Part shown: positions 51,276 through 60,943 of the stretch, in pieces
Layout of the letters: every line of letters begins with the position of its first letter
How positions within the stretch are numbered: position 1 is the stretch's first letter
DNA from: a virus
Direction: 5' to 3' (one strand)
Virus record (IMG/VR): IMGVR_UViG_3300020159_003728
Span: 2,396 to 66,395 of that record
Length of the DNA stretch: 64,000 nt
Made by a program: the position numbers and the translations under genes
The notes under the pieces: model-generated
What the model was told of the DNA's origin: nothing
Database searches by the model: none
Seen by the model: the letters and a program-made list of their open reading frames with translations, nothing else

Positions 51276-51545
51276 TTACGCGTTCAGTGACCTGACGATG
51301 ATTGGGGTTCGCTCACCTATCCACGCACCGACGCAGTTGTACTCAATAAATTCCATTGCTTCTTCGTCATCCATACCATCGCGAGTCATAAGGACTTCGA
51401 CCATCTTGTCGTATGAGTAAACAGCAAGGACTGGTTCGTTGATGCGTTGTGAGTGACCGATACAGGCTTCGTCAAAACCATCCATAAGGAGTATGTCCTC
51501 GTCTATCTCTTCGAGGTATCCGGTGAGTTCTTCTCTAGTAATCAT
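51276..51545 (-). CDS. Phage hypothetical protein
   Basis: DGFDEACIG..VYS..EAMEFIEYN..GAWIGERTP motif. Confidence 0.8.
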   Translation of the reverse strand: MITREELTGYLEEIDEDILLMDGFDEACIGHSQRINEPVLAVYSYDKMVEVLMTRDGMDDEEAMEFIEYNCVGAWIGERTPIIVRSLNA

Positions 51546-51802
51546 TGTAGACCCGTGACTTCTTCTTTCTTGGTTTCGACAGTTAGATCGGTTTCGATCC
51601 AGACCTGAGCTCCACAGGAAAGTGGAGTCTCCGGCTGGTACACAATGCGAGCGACAACAGATCCGTCATCGCCAATAATGTTCACTTCGTAGGCATACTC
51701 GGCTTTGCTTGATCGCGTACGGCGAACGCTAAGCGGCGGATCCTGACGATCGTGCTTACGGTTTGACCGAATGGTGTTGCTGTTTACATGAATGATTGTC
51801 AT
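51542..51802 (-). CDS. Phage hypothetical protein
   Basis: IIHVN..IRSN..PLSCGAQVWIET motif. Confidence 0.75.
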   Translation of the reverse strand: MTIIHVNSNTIRSNRKHDRQDPPLSVRRTRSSKAEYAYEVNIIGDDGSVVARIVYQPETPLSCGAQVWIETDLTVETKKEEVTGLQ

Positions 51803-51909
51803 TGTTGGGGAGTTTCGCAGCGTCGACTACTTGCGACGATTTGTTATTCCCCACACAACGAGCCCTGTCACCGCAAAGTAGAGCAGGAACAGCTTCATGT
51901 CTTCGGCCA

Positions 51910-52368
51910 TCAGAACGGTTCTGTGTCTTCTTGCACGGTCGGCACCGTTGCACGGGGCTTAGCAGCTTGCTTAGGCTGCTGGTTTGAACGCTGAGCGGTT
52001 CCGCCATTAGCGGCGCGCTCCTTGCGCTGAACCGAGGAGATACCACGAGCCGACGGGCCAACATCTTCGACAACAATCTCGATGATCTGACGATCTTTGC
52101 CTTCTTTGTCCTGGTATGTGCGCTGCTCGAGGCGGCCGCTAACAATAACGCGCATTCCCTTTTCGAGAACGGCAGCTGCGTCTTCGGCAATCTGCTTCCA
52201 AGCTACGCAGTTGAAGAATGAAGTGCGCTCTTGACGAGCCCCGTCTTGATCATTCCAGAAGTAATTGACAGCAACTCCGAACGACAGCTTTGCTGCTCCG
52301 GCACCTGTGAAGGTGAGCTGCGGATCGGCAGTAAGATTGCCGATTGCGGTAATACCTGATTGGGACAT
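51910..52368 (-). CDS. ssb: Single-stranded DNA-binding protein
   Basis: GNLTADP, KGMRVIVSGRLEQR and C-terminal EPF. AAGGAG RBS. Confidence 0.95.
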   Translation of the reverse strand: MSQSGITAIGNLTADPQLTFTGAGAAKLSFGVAVNYFWNDQDGARQERTSFFNCVAWKQIAEDAAAVLEKGMRVIVSGRLEQRTYQDKEGKDRQIIEIVVEDVGPSARGISSVQRKERAANGGTAQRSNQQPKQAAKPRATVPTVQEDTEPF

Positions 52369-52444
52369 TTTGGTTTCTCCTTTACGCCGACTAAGTCGGG
52401 ATGTTTCACTAGATCCTACACCGCGTCGGCTACTATCGTCAAGT

Positions 52445-52705
52445 ATGACCAAAGAATTTTCTCTCGACCTGTCCGGACCGAACGATCATTTTGATACTTA
52501 TCTGCGTGTTGTAACAACTATTGCTGATTTATTGATCGATAGCGCAGATGCTGACAAGCTTGACGAAGCAGAACGAGAACTTCTTAGAGGCTCGATGGAT
52601 GAGATTGCCACGATTATTCTTGCTGAGATCGGCCTAACAATTGTTAGCGTCGAGAATGACGGGACTATCAATGCAACTCTCGACCTAGGGGAGTTTAGTG
52701 AGTAA
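52445..52705 (+). CDS. Acidic hypothetical protein (leaderless)
   Basis: TATCGT lies 5 nt before ATG 52445. Confidence 0.6.
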   Translation: MTKEFSLDLSGPNDHFDTYLRVVTTIADLLIDSADADKLDEAERELLRGSMDEIATIILAEIGLTIVSVENDGTINATLDLGEFSE

Positions 52706-52794
52706 AGGAACACGCGTTCGCTGCCAATACTGCAGCCAAATGTATGACGCAAACCGAGAAGAACATGAGCCCGTCGAGGATTTTTCTGAAGGAT

Positions 52795-53202
52795 TTACTG
52801 AGTGTCTAGTAGTTCCTCATGAACAACCTCGTCTACGGCTGCAGCGAGATACCTTCTAGTCATCTTGTAGACTTGCCGGTGCATTTTTGCCCACGCCTTA
52901 GTGTCTTGGACCTTGACCCAAATGTGTTGATCAAAAGATCCATGGTTCTCTAATAACAGATCGTCTACTTCGTGCCGATTGGCAAGGATCTCCGAGGACC
53001 AACCCATGTTTCGGTCAATGGCGAATAGCAAATCCATAATCGCATCATCGCCAAAATCTTCGATCAATTTTTTAACGATGTAATTACAAAAAGCGATGCC
53101 GAACATCACCTCTCGATCCATCGCCGGCAGGTCTTCTAATGAGAGATCGTCCTCGTCAAATTCGAAGTCGTCATCATCGTGATCATCATTAGTCCCGCTC
53201 AT
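52795..53202 (-). CDS. Acidic hypothetical protein
   Basis: GGAGG RBS; 135 aa. Confidence 0.7.
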   Translation of the reverse strand: MSGTNDDHDDDDFEFDEDDLSLEDLPAMDREVMFGIAFCNYIVKKLIEDFGDDAIMDLLFAIDRNMGWSSEILANRHEVDDLLLENHGSFDQHIWVKVQDTKAWAKMHRQVYKMTRRYLAAAVDEVVHEELLDTQ

Positions 53203-53245
53203 TCGACCTCCCGAATTGCCCTGGCTCTACAAGTGTAGTGCCTAA

Positions 53246-54268
53246 TTAGATAAGTGAGAGAAGGCTGTGATGTGCGGTTACTTTAGTTCGAGTTACCCAT
53301 GAATTCTCATCAAGTGATGCCATGGCCTTGTCGTCATCCGGGGCTTCACGGCCATGATCTAGGTACTCTGTTATCGCATTCAGTAACGACCAGCCGTTGT
53401 AACCGTAGCCACCGGCATTGCGTTCGTTCCCGTATAGTGAGCGGATCGTTCCAACTATTTCTGTGTGGTTTCGCTTTTGTCGATCCGTTGCCATCTTGTC
53501 GAGTGGGAAAACTTGATCCAACACTTTATTGATATTTGGCGATGAGGGTGGCAATGAAATCCGCAGCAGATGTTCAGCTTCTTGTTTAAACTGCTTTGCC
53601 CACGCAGTAGATATTTTTAACACTTCTTGGGCATCTTCGATTGCGGTATCAACATTCCGTGTATGGCGAGCTGTGAATACGCGCTTTGCTTGCTTTACCC
53701 CCATCACAACTGTGTTGTTGCAGACAGCTCTGATTTCGGTGTTCGCATACCGGATCGGCCAAACTCCATCATGGCCGCACGATACAACTAGATAACGCGC
53801 AATCTTGTCGTTGATTCCAGCTGGATCAATAATGAGAGCCCCGAGGTCGATAGTCATGAAGAATCGTCGCCCTTCACGAAGGACTCCACAAGTCTCGATC
53901 ACTGCATCGCCGCCCGATGCACCAACAACAGCTAGTGCCCGCTCGGCAACTTCCCTGTTCTGGCGCACTTCGTACCGGGTTCCAACAGTCGCCAGGTCAT
54001 TAAATGACCCATCCAGGTCCTTGCGGATTGTTGCACGACTGTCCTGAATAATCACGGGGCTGCCGTCGGCATTTCGAATAAGGTTTCCCTCGTCGTCGAT
54101 AGCTGCGACTTTTGTTGCTAACACCTCGTAGTCGGCCGATGCTGCCTGGAGCATTGCGTCGACATTTGCTAGGCCGCCGACTTTTACCCCAAGCCTATGC
54201 CAGGGGATCTCTCTAGCATAGGCAAACCGAGCAGTCCCGTCTTTAGTAAAATCAAGTTCGTGTGCCAT
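53246..54268 (-). CDS. DUF932-family phage/plasmid protein
   Basis: MAHEL..PWHRLG, RYEVRQN, IRAVCNNT, RHT and WSLLNAITEYLDH. Confidence 0.9.
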   Translation of the reverse strand: MAHELDFTKDGTARFAYAREIPWHRLGVKVGGLANVDAMLQAASADYEVLATKVAAIDDEGNLIRNADGSPVIIQDSRATIRKDLDGSFNDLATVGTRYEVRQNREVAERALAVVGASGGDAVIETCGVLREGRRFFMTIDLGALIIDPAGINDKIARYLVVSCGHDGVWPIRYANTEIRAVCNNTVVMGVKQAKRVFTARHTRNVDTAIEDAQEVLKISTAWAKQFKQEAEHLLRISLPPSSPNINKVLDQVFPLDKMATDRQKRNHTEIVGTIRSLYGNERNAGGYGYNGWSLLNAITEYLDHGREAPDDDKAMASLDENSWVTRTKVTAHHSLLSLI

Positions 54269-54299
54269 CTCAACTCCTTTAGTTAGATTTATCTAAACA

Positions 54300-55739
54300 C
54301 TACCCGACAACAAGCGTGTCTGCGTGGAATTCGTCTAAATACCGAACGAAGGCTTTGTTGCGAGGTGAGTAATACTTCCATTTGCTCGTCAGGCTCTCGT
54401 GGGCTTCCTTGTGCGAGTAGCCCATAGCCGACATTAGCCACGCCTTTGCGATTAGCCCTGTTCGGCTCTCGCCTGCGTGACAGTGAACAAGAACATCGCG
54501 ACCATTAAATAGTGCTTCATTTATTTCAGCAATAGCATCACGAACAACGCTGTCTATTGCTGGATTTGCTTCATCTTCTTGTTCGTCAAGCAAATAGAAC
54601 GAACGACGATACTCATAATGCTCGGTGTCATCGAAGGTGCGACAGAACGACATACACGCATAGTTCTCCTCTGCGTTGCGTGCGCCGGCGAGGTTTGTGA
54701 CGAACACCTGCTGTCCATACAAACCACCAATAGCAACCGGCTTTGGTGCGCCGTTATAGTCGGGTGATTTTGGTCGCCACGCTTGTTCTACTAATCGTGT
54801 TGCCAGCGACTCCAAGTCCTCTAGGTCGTATCGCTCCACCTTGCCATTCATCTGAACAAACCCGTGAATAGGTGTTGTCAGGCGAGCGGGAATGTTCTGA
54901 ATACCATACCAAGCACCTGCGAGTGCGCCAGCGACACAAGCAACCGTGTCGGTGTCGTTACCACCATCTATCGCATAGCGAATAGTGTCCTCAAAGTTCG
55001 TATTCTTTCTAATGGCATACACGGCCTCTGCGAGACAAATGTCCCCATAGCCATTGCTCTCACTCAATGGTAAAGAGTCAGTAAATAGCAACTCTTCGAA
55101 GTATGTGCGAAGTTTACTATCGCAATGGTCCTGTACTGCCAAGCGCATTGCGCTATCAAAAGTACGACGCCCACTAACCATCTCAGCAAGTGCGACTGCC
55201 ATAATCACCGCAGCCTCAACTGTTCGTGGATCCGTATGAGTAATCATCGCCTGTTCACGGGCGACACGCTCTGTCCACTGTGCGTCTTTCATTGCGCCTT
55301 TGATACCTACGGGCGCAACTCGCATCACGGCACCATTGCCTCGACCATTGCGAACGCGCCGAGTTAATGACTCTTCGTATGTGCGTGCCACTAATGGTGG
55401 GCGAGTAGTTGTGCCGACATCTTTTGCTGTCTGCACCCACTCTTTCCAAAGCTCCCACTGCGCAACTGGATTCCATCGCGTAATTAGGTTTTCACCAAGC
55501 AACACTGCCATTTGTGTGTCGTCGGTAAATTCGCCAAGACGCCAACCGAATGAACCGCCACCAATATGGCGACACGGCACGCCTTTCGGAAACTGCTTTG
55601 AGATTTCTCCCGGGGGACCAAACTCGTAGCGAGCGCCAAGCGCATCACCAACCGCTTGTCCAACAAGTGCACCAAGTGCACGATTTCTAATCTCAAAGTC
55701 ATCTCTAGTGGAACGGTACTGGCTGTTATCAAACATCAT
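54300..55739 (-). CDS. ADP-ribosylglycohydrolase fused to a dual-specificity/PTP-like phosphatase
   Basis: GDALG, FTDDTQM, GNGAVMR and GNDTDT, followed by VHCHAGESRTG (CX5R). Confidence 0.9.
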   Translation of the reverse strand: MMFDNSQYRSTRDDFEIRNRALGALVGQAVGDALGARYEFGPPGEISKQFPKGVPCRHIGGGSFGWRLGEFTDDTQMAVLLGENLITRWNPVAQWELWKEWVQTAKDVGTTTRPPLVARTYEESLTRRVRNGRGNGAVMRVAPVGIKGAMKDAQWTERVAREQAMITHTDPRTVEAAVIMAVALAEMVSGRRTFDSAMRLAVQDHCDSKLRTYFEELLFTDSLPLSESNGYGDICLAEAVYAIRKNTNFEDTIRYAIDGGNDTDTVACVAGALAGAWYGIQNIPARLTTPIHGFVQMNGKVERYDLEDLESLATRLVEQAWRPKSPDYNGAPKPVAIGGLYGQQVFVTNLAGARNAEENYACMSFCRTFDDTEHYEYRRSFYLLDEQEDEANPAIDSVVRDAIAEINEALFNGRDVLVHCHAGESRTGLIAKAWLMSAMGYSHKEAHESLTSKWKYYSPRNKAFVRYLDEFHADTLVVG

Positions 55740-55816
55740 AACGAGCAAGTCTACCCGTAATCAAGAGATACGCAACTCCCAACTACAGTTTCCTATCGTT
55801 GGGTTAGCGGAAAGAT

Positions 55817-56389
55817 TTATTCGGGAACGGGCCCACTAAAGCGCCACGGCTTCCAGCCAGATGTTTCCCATAGACGGAAAGCAAAAGTCAAGTTCTTCTC
55901 AGCGTCGAACATATCCTCGGGGTGATTCCAGCCCATATCGGATAGCCACTTTCTATGGACCTTGTTGATTTGGGTCAGCCCCGCATCCGCTCCATTCCAG
56001 GCATCGACCTGGCAACGACTTTCACGCCAGATGACTTGACTCAGGAATCCCCATTCCTCTTCGGGCCAGCCAACCTGAATAGCTAGATCATGCCATTCTC
56101 CGCATTTGCCGTAAGTCTCCTGCGCAAGAGCGACCCAATCAACTCCCGAAAGATCAGGCATTGTTGTTGTTGTCGTAGCCGGCAGCGTTGACTCGACCAC
56201 CGGAACAGTTGTTTCTATACTCGGGGTTGGCGCAGTCGTGGTTAGATCCGGAGCAATTATGCCAATGGATGGTTGCTCGCTGGTGTTGCCACTATTCTCT
56301 TGGACTGTGGCTAGGTGGAAGACCCCGATAGATAGCAAGATAAAAACGACAGATAGCACAAAGACGGTATTTTTCATTGTTTTATTCAT
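55817..56389 (-). CDS. Membrane-anchored lysozyme-like (SLT) transglycosylase
   Basis: N-terminal TM segment, Thr-rich linker and RESRC..N..DAGLTQIN..N..A..GWKPW. Confidence 0.8.
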   Translation of the reverse strand: MNKTMKNTVFVLSVVFILLSIGVFHLATVQENSGNTSEQPSIGIIAPDLTTTAPTPSIETTVPVVESTLPATTTTTMPDLSGVDWVALAQETYGKCGEWHDLAIQVGWPEEEWGFLSQVIWRESRCQVDAWNGADAGLTQINKVHRKWLSDMGWNHPEDMFDAEKNLTFAFRLWETSGWKPWRFSGPVPE

Positions 56390-56588
56390 TGAGAATCCTT
56401 CTCTAGATGGATGAGGCTATTGGGCTGAAGGGGTAGATGCCCAAGTACGGCAGTAGGTCATGTTTTTATTTTAGGAGACTCAAACTGCGAAATCTTGCCA
56501 TGACCGTCAATATTGCTTTTTTTCTGTGTTTACTTAAATAACACAGCAGGTTAACGGGCTATTCTTGTTCGTGTGCCATTTGTCACAA

Positions 56589-58553
56589 TTATGTCATTTT
56601 GGCGAATAATAGGACCAGTTCTGCAGCTCCTCGCGCGCTCGAGTCCATGAGTACCCCATCGATAGCGGCGTTTACTACGAGCCGTTTTTCCTCGATCATG
56701 TCTATGATTTGCATGTCTATAGTGTCCTCGGCAAGCATGTATGTTGCAGTGACTGATCCAGTTTGGCCAAGTCGATGGCATCGCGAATATGTCTGGTCGA
56801 CATCGCTTGGGGTCCATGGCAGTTCCACGAATAAAACATTCTGAGCAGCAGTTAAGGTATGTCCTGTCTTCGCTGCTTGGATCGACAAAACTATTGTGGG
56901 TGCATCCTCGACGGATAGCTTCTGGAAAGATTCTTTGTGGGCTTCCACCGTTGAGACATCCATGCCTCCCTGGATCTTTAGCCCGCCATAGAGCATTGCA
57001 AGCTCGTCGACAATCTCTCGATGATGAGCAGCAACAACAACTTTCTGCCCAGCATCTATCCGGGACTGTATCCATTCCTTGATGGCTGGCATTTTTGCCT
57101 GCGCAGCAAGCTTTCGAAGTACTCCGATGCGCACTAGATGCTCACTGGCCTCGGCTTTCATTCGAGCTCGCACGGCCGCCGATCGAGGAGATTGTCCAAG
57201 CTCAAGTGCGATCTGACTGGCTCGATCAGCAAGATATTGGACAATATCGGCCTCAGCTTTTCGATATTCTGCCATTCCTTTTTCGGTGCCTTCCACGATG
57301 ACCCTACTGTGGATAACCGGAGGTAAATCTTTGAGTACTTGATCCTTTGTCCGCCGGATGTAGCACTCACCGCGCAGGCGATCATTGAGCTCATCCAGGT
57401 TTGAATTGCCATCGATGTGCCATTGACCGTACCGATCACGGAAAGCCCCGCAGTATCGTCGATAGAAGCCCCATAGTCCGCCAAATTTATCGAGCTTTCC
57501 AATGATGTCGAGCTGTGGTGCGTACTCCGCTGGCTTGTTTGTGATCGGCGTGCCCGTTAAACACAAAACCATTCCTTCGGACTTGACTGTTCGGGCAATC
57601 TTGATCGCTGCCTTTGTTCGCTGCGCCGTCGGGGTTTTAGCAAAATGGCTCTCATCGAAAATGTACGAACCCATCTTGGTCAATTTGGTTTTCCAGTGAT
57701 CAATGTTTGACCAGCCAACAATCAATACATCGAATGGCTCATCAGGAAAATCTTTTCGATTGGTTACGCAAACAACTTTTTTCTCGGGGAGCCACTTGGA
57801 ATATTCTTTTTGCCAGTTGAGTACAAGTGTGGGTGGGCAAATAACAACTGCTGGATATGTTGCTGATTGCTGATTTCCCATCTCGATTGCAAGCATCGAC
57901 TGAAGTGTTTTGCCGAGACCCATGTCGTCTGCAATAAAACAACGCCGCGCCTGTACTGCATAAGCAATGCCAGCTTTTTGATACGGCATCAAAGTTCCAG
58001 TAAATCCAGGGACATCCATGTCCGCATCAACTGAACGCGAAGAGGAGATGAGCTTCTCGTGTCGTTCGCGTATTTCCTGCGCTTCATCACGCATTACTTC
58101 CGGGACTTGTTCCCCGAACTTATCTGCCCACATAATGGCCTCAAAGATTGATGTCTCTGGAACTCGCCAGGCCTTTGATGGTGCGTGCCAAGTAATCCCC
58201 GGGATCGACTTTACTGAGCGGACCTTGACTGGGTCATAGCGAAATGATAAGTAAATCCACTGATTTTCCCTAGTTACCCCAGTTGTTTCGTTGTCCGGAG
58301 CCGGCAGATCAAAAATCAATACATCATTGTCGACCCAGAAGTCTCGAGCGGCAGCGAAAGCACGAGCTTCTTCGATGCTGGACATTGGAACTCGCCATAC
58401 TCGAGCAAGCTTGTCCCACTTAGCCCCGTTGATCTTCTTTACGGCAGCTACATCTTCCTGGTCGTACGGGAATATGAGTGCGAGATGATCATCAACAAGA
58501 GTTAATGATTTTGACTCGGGGCTTTTGCCATGGATGTAAATGCTGTCGTTCAC
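56589..58553 (-). CDS. SNF2-family helicase with two N-terminal HARP-like repeats
   Basis: ADDMGLGKT, DESH, LTGTP and RCHRLGQ. Duplicated F.YD..VK.I.G..W motif. Confidence 0.92.
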   Translation of the reverse strand: MNDSIYIHGKSPESKSLTLVDDHLALIFPYDQEDVAAVKKINGAKWDKLARVWRVPMSSIEEARAFAAARDFWVDNDVLIFDLPAPDNETTGVTRENQWIYLSFRYDPVKVRSVKSIPGITWHAPSKAWRVPETSIFEAIMWADKFGEQVPEVMRDEAQEIRERHEKLISSSRSVDADMDVPGFTGTLMPYQKAGIAYAVQARRCFIADDMGLGKTLQSMLAIEMGNQQSATYPAVVICPPTLVLNWQKEYSKWLPEKKVVCVTNRKDFPDEPFDVLIVGWSNIDHWKTKLTKMGSYIFDESHFAKTPTAQRTKAAIKIARTVKSEGMVLCLTGTPITNKPAEYAPQLDIIGKLDKFGGLWGFYRRYCGAFRDRYGQWHIDGNSNLDELNDRLRGECYIRRTKDQVLKDLPPVIHSRVIVEGTEKGMAEYRKAEADIVQYLADRASQIALELGQSPRSAAVRARMKAEASEHLVRIGVLRKLAAQAKMPAIKEWIQSRIDAGQKVVVAAHHREIVDELAMLYGGLKIQGGMDVSTVEAHKESFQKLSVEDAPTIVLSIQAAKTGHTLTAAQNVLFVELPWTPSDVDQTYSRCHRLGQTGSVTATYMLAEDTIDMQIIDMIEEKRLVVNAAIDGVLMDSSARGAAELVLLFAKMT

Positions 58554-58589
58554 CTGATCGATCCGTTATTCTCTGCTACTGTTCTGCGA

Positions 58590-59033
58590 ATGGCGGCCTA
58601 CAAAGACCGACAATATAGAACCTACAGGGCCGAGTGGAACACATTTACCTCCAAGAAGGTAAATCTTCCGTTCGGGTTGCCGGCGGCTAAGCGTCTTATT
58701 GCAGAGTACCTTCCAAAATGGGAACTACGATCCAGCAAAAACAATACTACCGCTGTCTGTTATGCCGTAGAAAAGAAGATTGTTCTAAATAAAACGAGCC
58801 CTTTGTGGATTGTTTGCCACGAGATAGCACATGGTCTAGTTGAGGAAAAGTGCCTTCCGCCTGGGCATCACGAAGTATTTCGTCGTTATTACATAGATGT
58901 CTGCGAAGATGCGATGAGTCCGTACTGGGCGCATAAGCTATCGAAGAGTTTTGACGCGGGGAGACTCGACTACAGGTACCCACATGAGCAGCCTTTGAGT
59001 CTTGTTGACAGAATTTACCAAATATTTAGATAA
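58590..59033 (+). CDS. Zincin-like (SprT-type) metallopeptidase
   Basis: CHEIAH..GHHEVF. TACTGT lies 7 nt before the ATG. Confidence 0.7.
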   Translation: MAAYKDRQYRTYRAEWNTFTSKKVNLPFGLPAAKRLIAEYLPKWELRSSKNNTTAVCYAVEKKIVLNKTSPLWIVCHEIAHGLVEEKCLPPGHHEVFRRYYIDVCEDAMSPYWAHKLSKSFDAGRLDYRYPHEQPLSLVDRIYQIFR

Positions 59034-59034
59034 C

Positions 59035-59100
59035 AGCCCCGTAGGGAAAATACACAGCGGGGCTCGCTTGCGTGCTGAGATGAATGACGGTGGCGGATGA
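59035..59100 (+). repeat. Dispersed composite repeat, copy 1
   Basis: AGCCCCG-N16-CGGGGCT-N21-GACGGTGGCGGATGA. Confidence 0.75.
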
Positions 59101-59161
59101 ACTATGCAACTGATCAGCAGCGAACCAGCAGCGAGTACCAGCAGCGAACGCGGCCGACTGA

Positions 59162-59395
59162 TTACCATTCGCGCCAAACACGACCCCATCGTGGGCTGGT
59201 TGATCGCAAATAGCACGCCAGGATGGGCGCACGCCGAAAGATGATCTCAGGGATGACTAGATGAACGATCAAGTCAATTGTGCGCACGAACCGACACGGC
59301 GATCCGAACCAGTATCGAGACACTGCTCGTGCCTCGCAAGACATAAGTCTTTCCCAAATTGTTGGCTCAATTAGTCGGCTTAGTAGTAATTCCAT
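59162..59395 (-). CDS. Possible leaderless hypothetical protein
   Basis: TTGACA-17-TAATGT ends 6 nt before the ATG; the protein itself is unconvincing. Confidence 0.35.
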   Translation of the reverse strand: MELLLSRLIEPTIWERLMSCEARAVSRYWFGSPCRFVRTIDLIVHLVIPEIIFRRAPILACYLRSTSPRWGRVWREW

Positions 59396-59401
59396 ACACG
59401 C

Positions 59402-59466
59402 ACATTATGCCATAGTCCTACCCTTGTCAAGTATTACTTGACTACTGCTACGAATTGCCCTATGCT
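59402..59466. promoter_or_regulatory. Divergent promoter pair with back-to-back -35 boxes
   Basis: GTCAAG-tatta-CTTGAC. TTGACT-17-TATGCT on + and TTGACA-17-TAATGT on -. Confidence 0.65.
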
Positions 59467-59472
59467 CAAGGT

Positions 59473-59685
59473 ATGGAGATGAACCGCAATGACATCGCAC
59501 GAGTATTAGTGGTCGTCGAGAATAGTTACAAGCGTCTAGTCGCTGAGGTTGGCGAAAAGATGACATGGAACGATCCTCGTCGTGCAACAGCGTGGGCGAC
59601 TGCGCTTGCTGAGGCCGAAAAGATTATCGGCCGACCGCTAACTGGAGTTGAGGTCACCAAGGCAACTTTCCTAATCCCACTATGA
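59473..59685 (+). CDS. Hypothetical protein (leaderless)
   Basis: ATG lies 6 nt after TATGCT. Confidence 0.6.
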   Translation: MEMNRNDIARVLVVVENSYKRLVAEVGEKMTWNDPRRATAWATALAEAEKIIGRPLTGVEVTKATFLIPL

Positions 59686-59701
59686 CTGAAAGGTAAAAAT
59701 T

Positions 59702-59959
59702 ATGAACACCATTCCAGCCGAGCGCGCAGCGCAGGCAAATCTAAGTCCAATTGCCGAAGCTATCTTGGATGGTTACTACACTCTCTGTTCGGGTGGAGAA
59801 ACCATCGAGTATGTCATTAGCGACTATCTCTCGCGCACGCCCGAGAGCGGTATGCTCCCTTGGGGTATTGACGGGGAGACGCCAGTTAGTCCGTTGGAAT
59901 TTCTCTCAGCCATCGAGGAACTCATCATGTGGTTTCGAGAGAAGGGCGAGGTTTTGTAA
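59702..59959 (+). CDS. Hypothetical protein
   Basis: GAAAGG RBS. Confidence 0.65.
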   Translation: MNTIPAERAAQANLSPIAEAILDGYYTLCSGGETIEYVISDYLSRTPESGMLPWGIDGETPVSPLEFLSAIEELIMWFREKGEVL

Positions 59960-59963
59960 GCCA

Positions 59964-60377
59964 ATGAAAAAAACATTTACAGACAAAATCGGGAAAAAGT
60001 GGGATGTCACACTCACCACCAAGTTGATCAATGGCCGACAGGAAATCGTATCCGTCAAAATTGAAACAACTGACTCAAAGCCCGTCTCACGAAAAGCACT
60101 ATCCAGCATCTCACTTGAAGAAATCTTACGAGATGAACTAAAAGAAAAGTCGCCAGCCTTATCCCGAATACTGAAACAGCGTGAAAAAACTTCACACCAA
60201 GGGCGAGCACACTCCGATGACGACCTACAAGCAGTCGCAGACATCTATATGGCGGCTCACATGGCACGAGTACCAGTACAGCGGGCAGTGGCAAATGCTC
60301 AAGGGATAAGTGTGTCTACCGCCTCAAAGCGTATTATGGCGGCTCGAAAAGCTGGAATGATCAAGTCTTCGGATTGA
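59964..60377 (+). CDS. HTH DNA-binding protein
   Basis: VQRAVANAQGISVSTASKRIMAARKAG. Start moved to ATG 59964. Confidence 0.7.
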   Translation: MKKTFTDKIGKKWDVTLTTKLINGRQEIVSVKIETTDSKPVSRKALSSISLEEILRDELKEKSPALSRILKQREKTSHQGRAHSDDDLQAVADIYMAAHMARVPVQRAVANAQGISVSTASKRIMAARKAGMIKSSD

Positions 60378-60419
60378 ATAGTTTTATCCGGTTCTATTCC
60401 TCCGTCAGAGAGAGTTGGG

Positions 60420-60451
60420 AGCCCCGTAGGGATCTAGACAAGAACGGGGCT
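60420..60451. repeat. Dispersed repeat, palindrome-only copy
   Basis: AGCCCCG-N18-CGGGGCT. Confidence 0.6.
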
Positions 60452-60669
60452 CGCGAGCCAGGCAATCTTTGTTGACGCTGCCTGGGAGAAGTTTTTGCTT
60501 TACCGGCCCGCGAAGATCCAGAAAACCAGCTTCCAGGGGCCCAGATCTGAACTTTTTTGCTGAATTATCATGCGGCCGCACCGATGTCAAGCTCTCGACG
60601 GGTAAATTTTAGCCATCGAGTCCGCCATCTTTGGCCTTTGAAGGGGGATGCGAGGACATTTCTGGAATT

Positions 60670-60736
60670 AGCCCCGTGGGTTGATTTACCTAGCGGGGCT
60701 TGCGTGCTTACTGAGATGACTGACGGCGGCGGATGA
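60670..60736 (+). repeat. Dispersed composite repeat, copy 2
   Basis: AGCCCCG-N17-CGGGGCT-N21-GACGGCGGCGGATGA. Confidence 0.75.
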
Positions 60737-60795
60737 GTCAAGTCAATGATCTGCTCGAGCGGCGGATGAGTCAAGTCAATGATCTGCTCGAGCGG
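60726..60795. repeat. Perfect 33-bp tandem duplication
   Basis: GCGGCGGATGAGTCAAGTCAATGATCTGCTCGA twice. Confidence 0.9.
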
Positions 60796-60856
60796 AACCT
60801 GCATCCGCACATTGACGGCCGATCTTGATCTAGACGACCAAACTTATCGTTTACTA

Positions 60857-60901
60857 CTTGTCAAGCATTACTTGACTATTGCCATAGAGCTGGCCTATCA
60901 T
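60857..60901 (+). promoter_or_regulatory. SigA-type promoter sharing the CTTGTCAAGYATTACTTGACTAYTGC core with 59423
   Basis: TTGACT-18-TATCAT. Confidence 0.6.
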
Positions 60902-60943
60902 CGGGATAGTGAAGTTATCACTATCAACATCAAAGGAGTATCG

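Noticed and set aside
56390-56550. c-di-AMP (ydaO) riboswitch ahead of the transglycosylase
   Set aside because: The context fits, but the conserved riboswitch motifs are not recognisable.
60726-60795. 33-bp repeat as a CRISPR array
   Set aside because: The two copies abut with no spacer, and no cas genes are visible.
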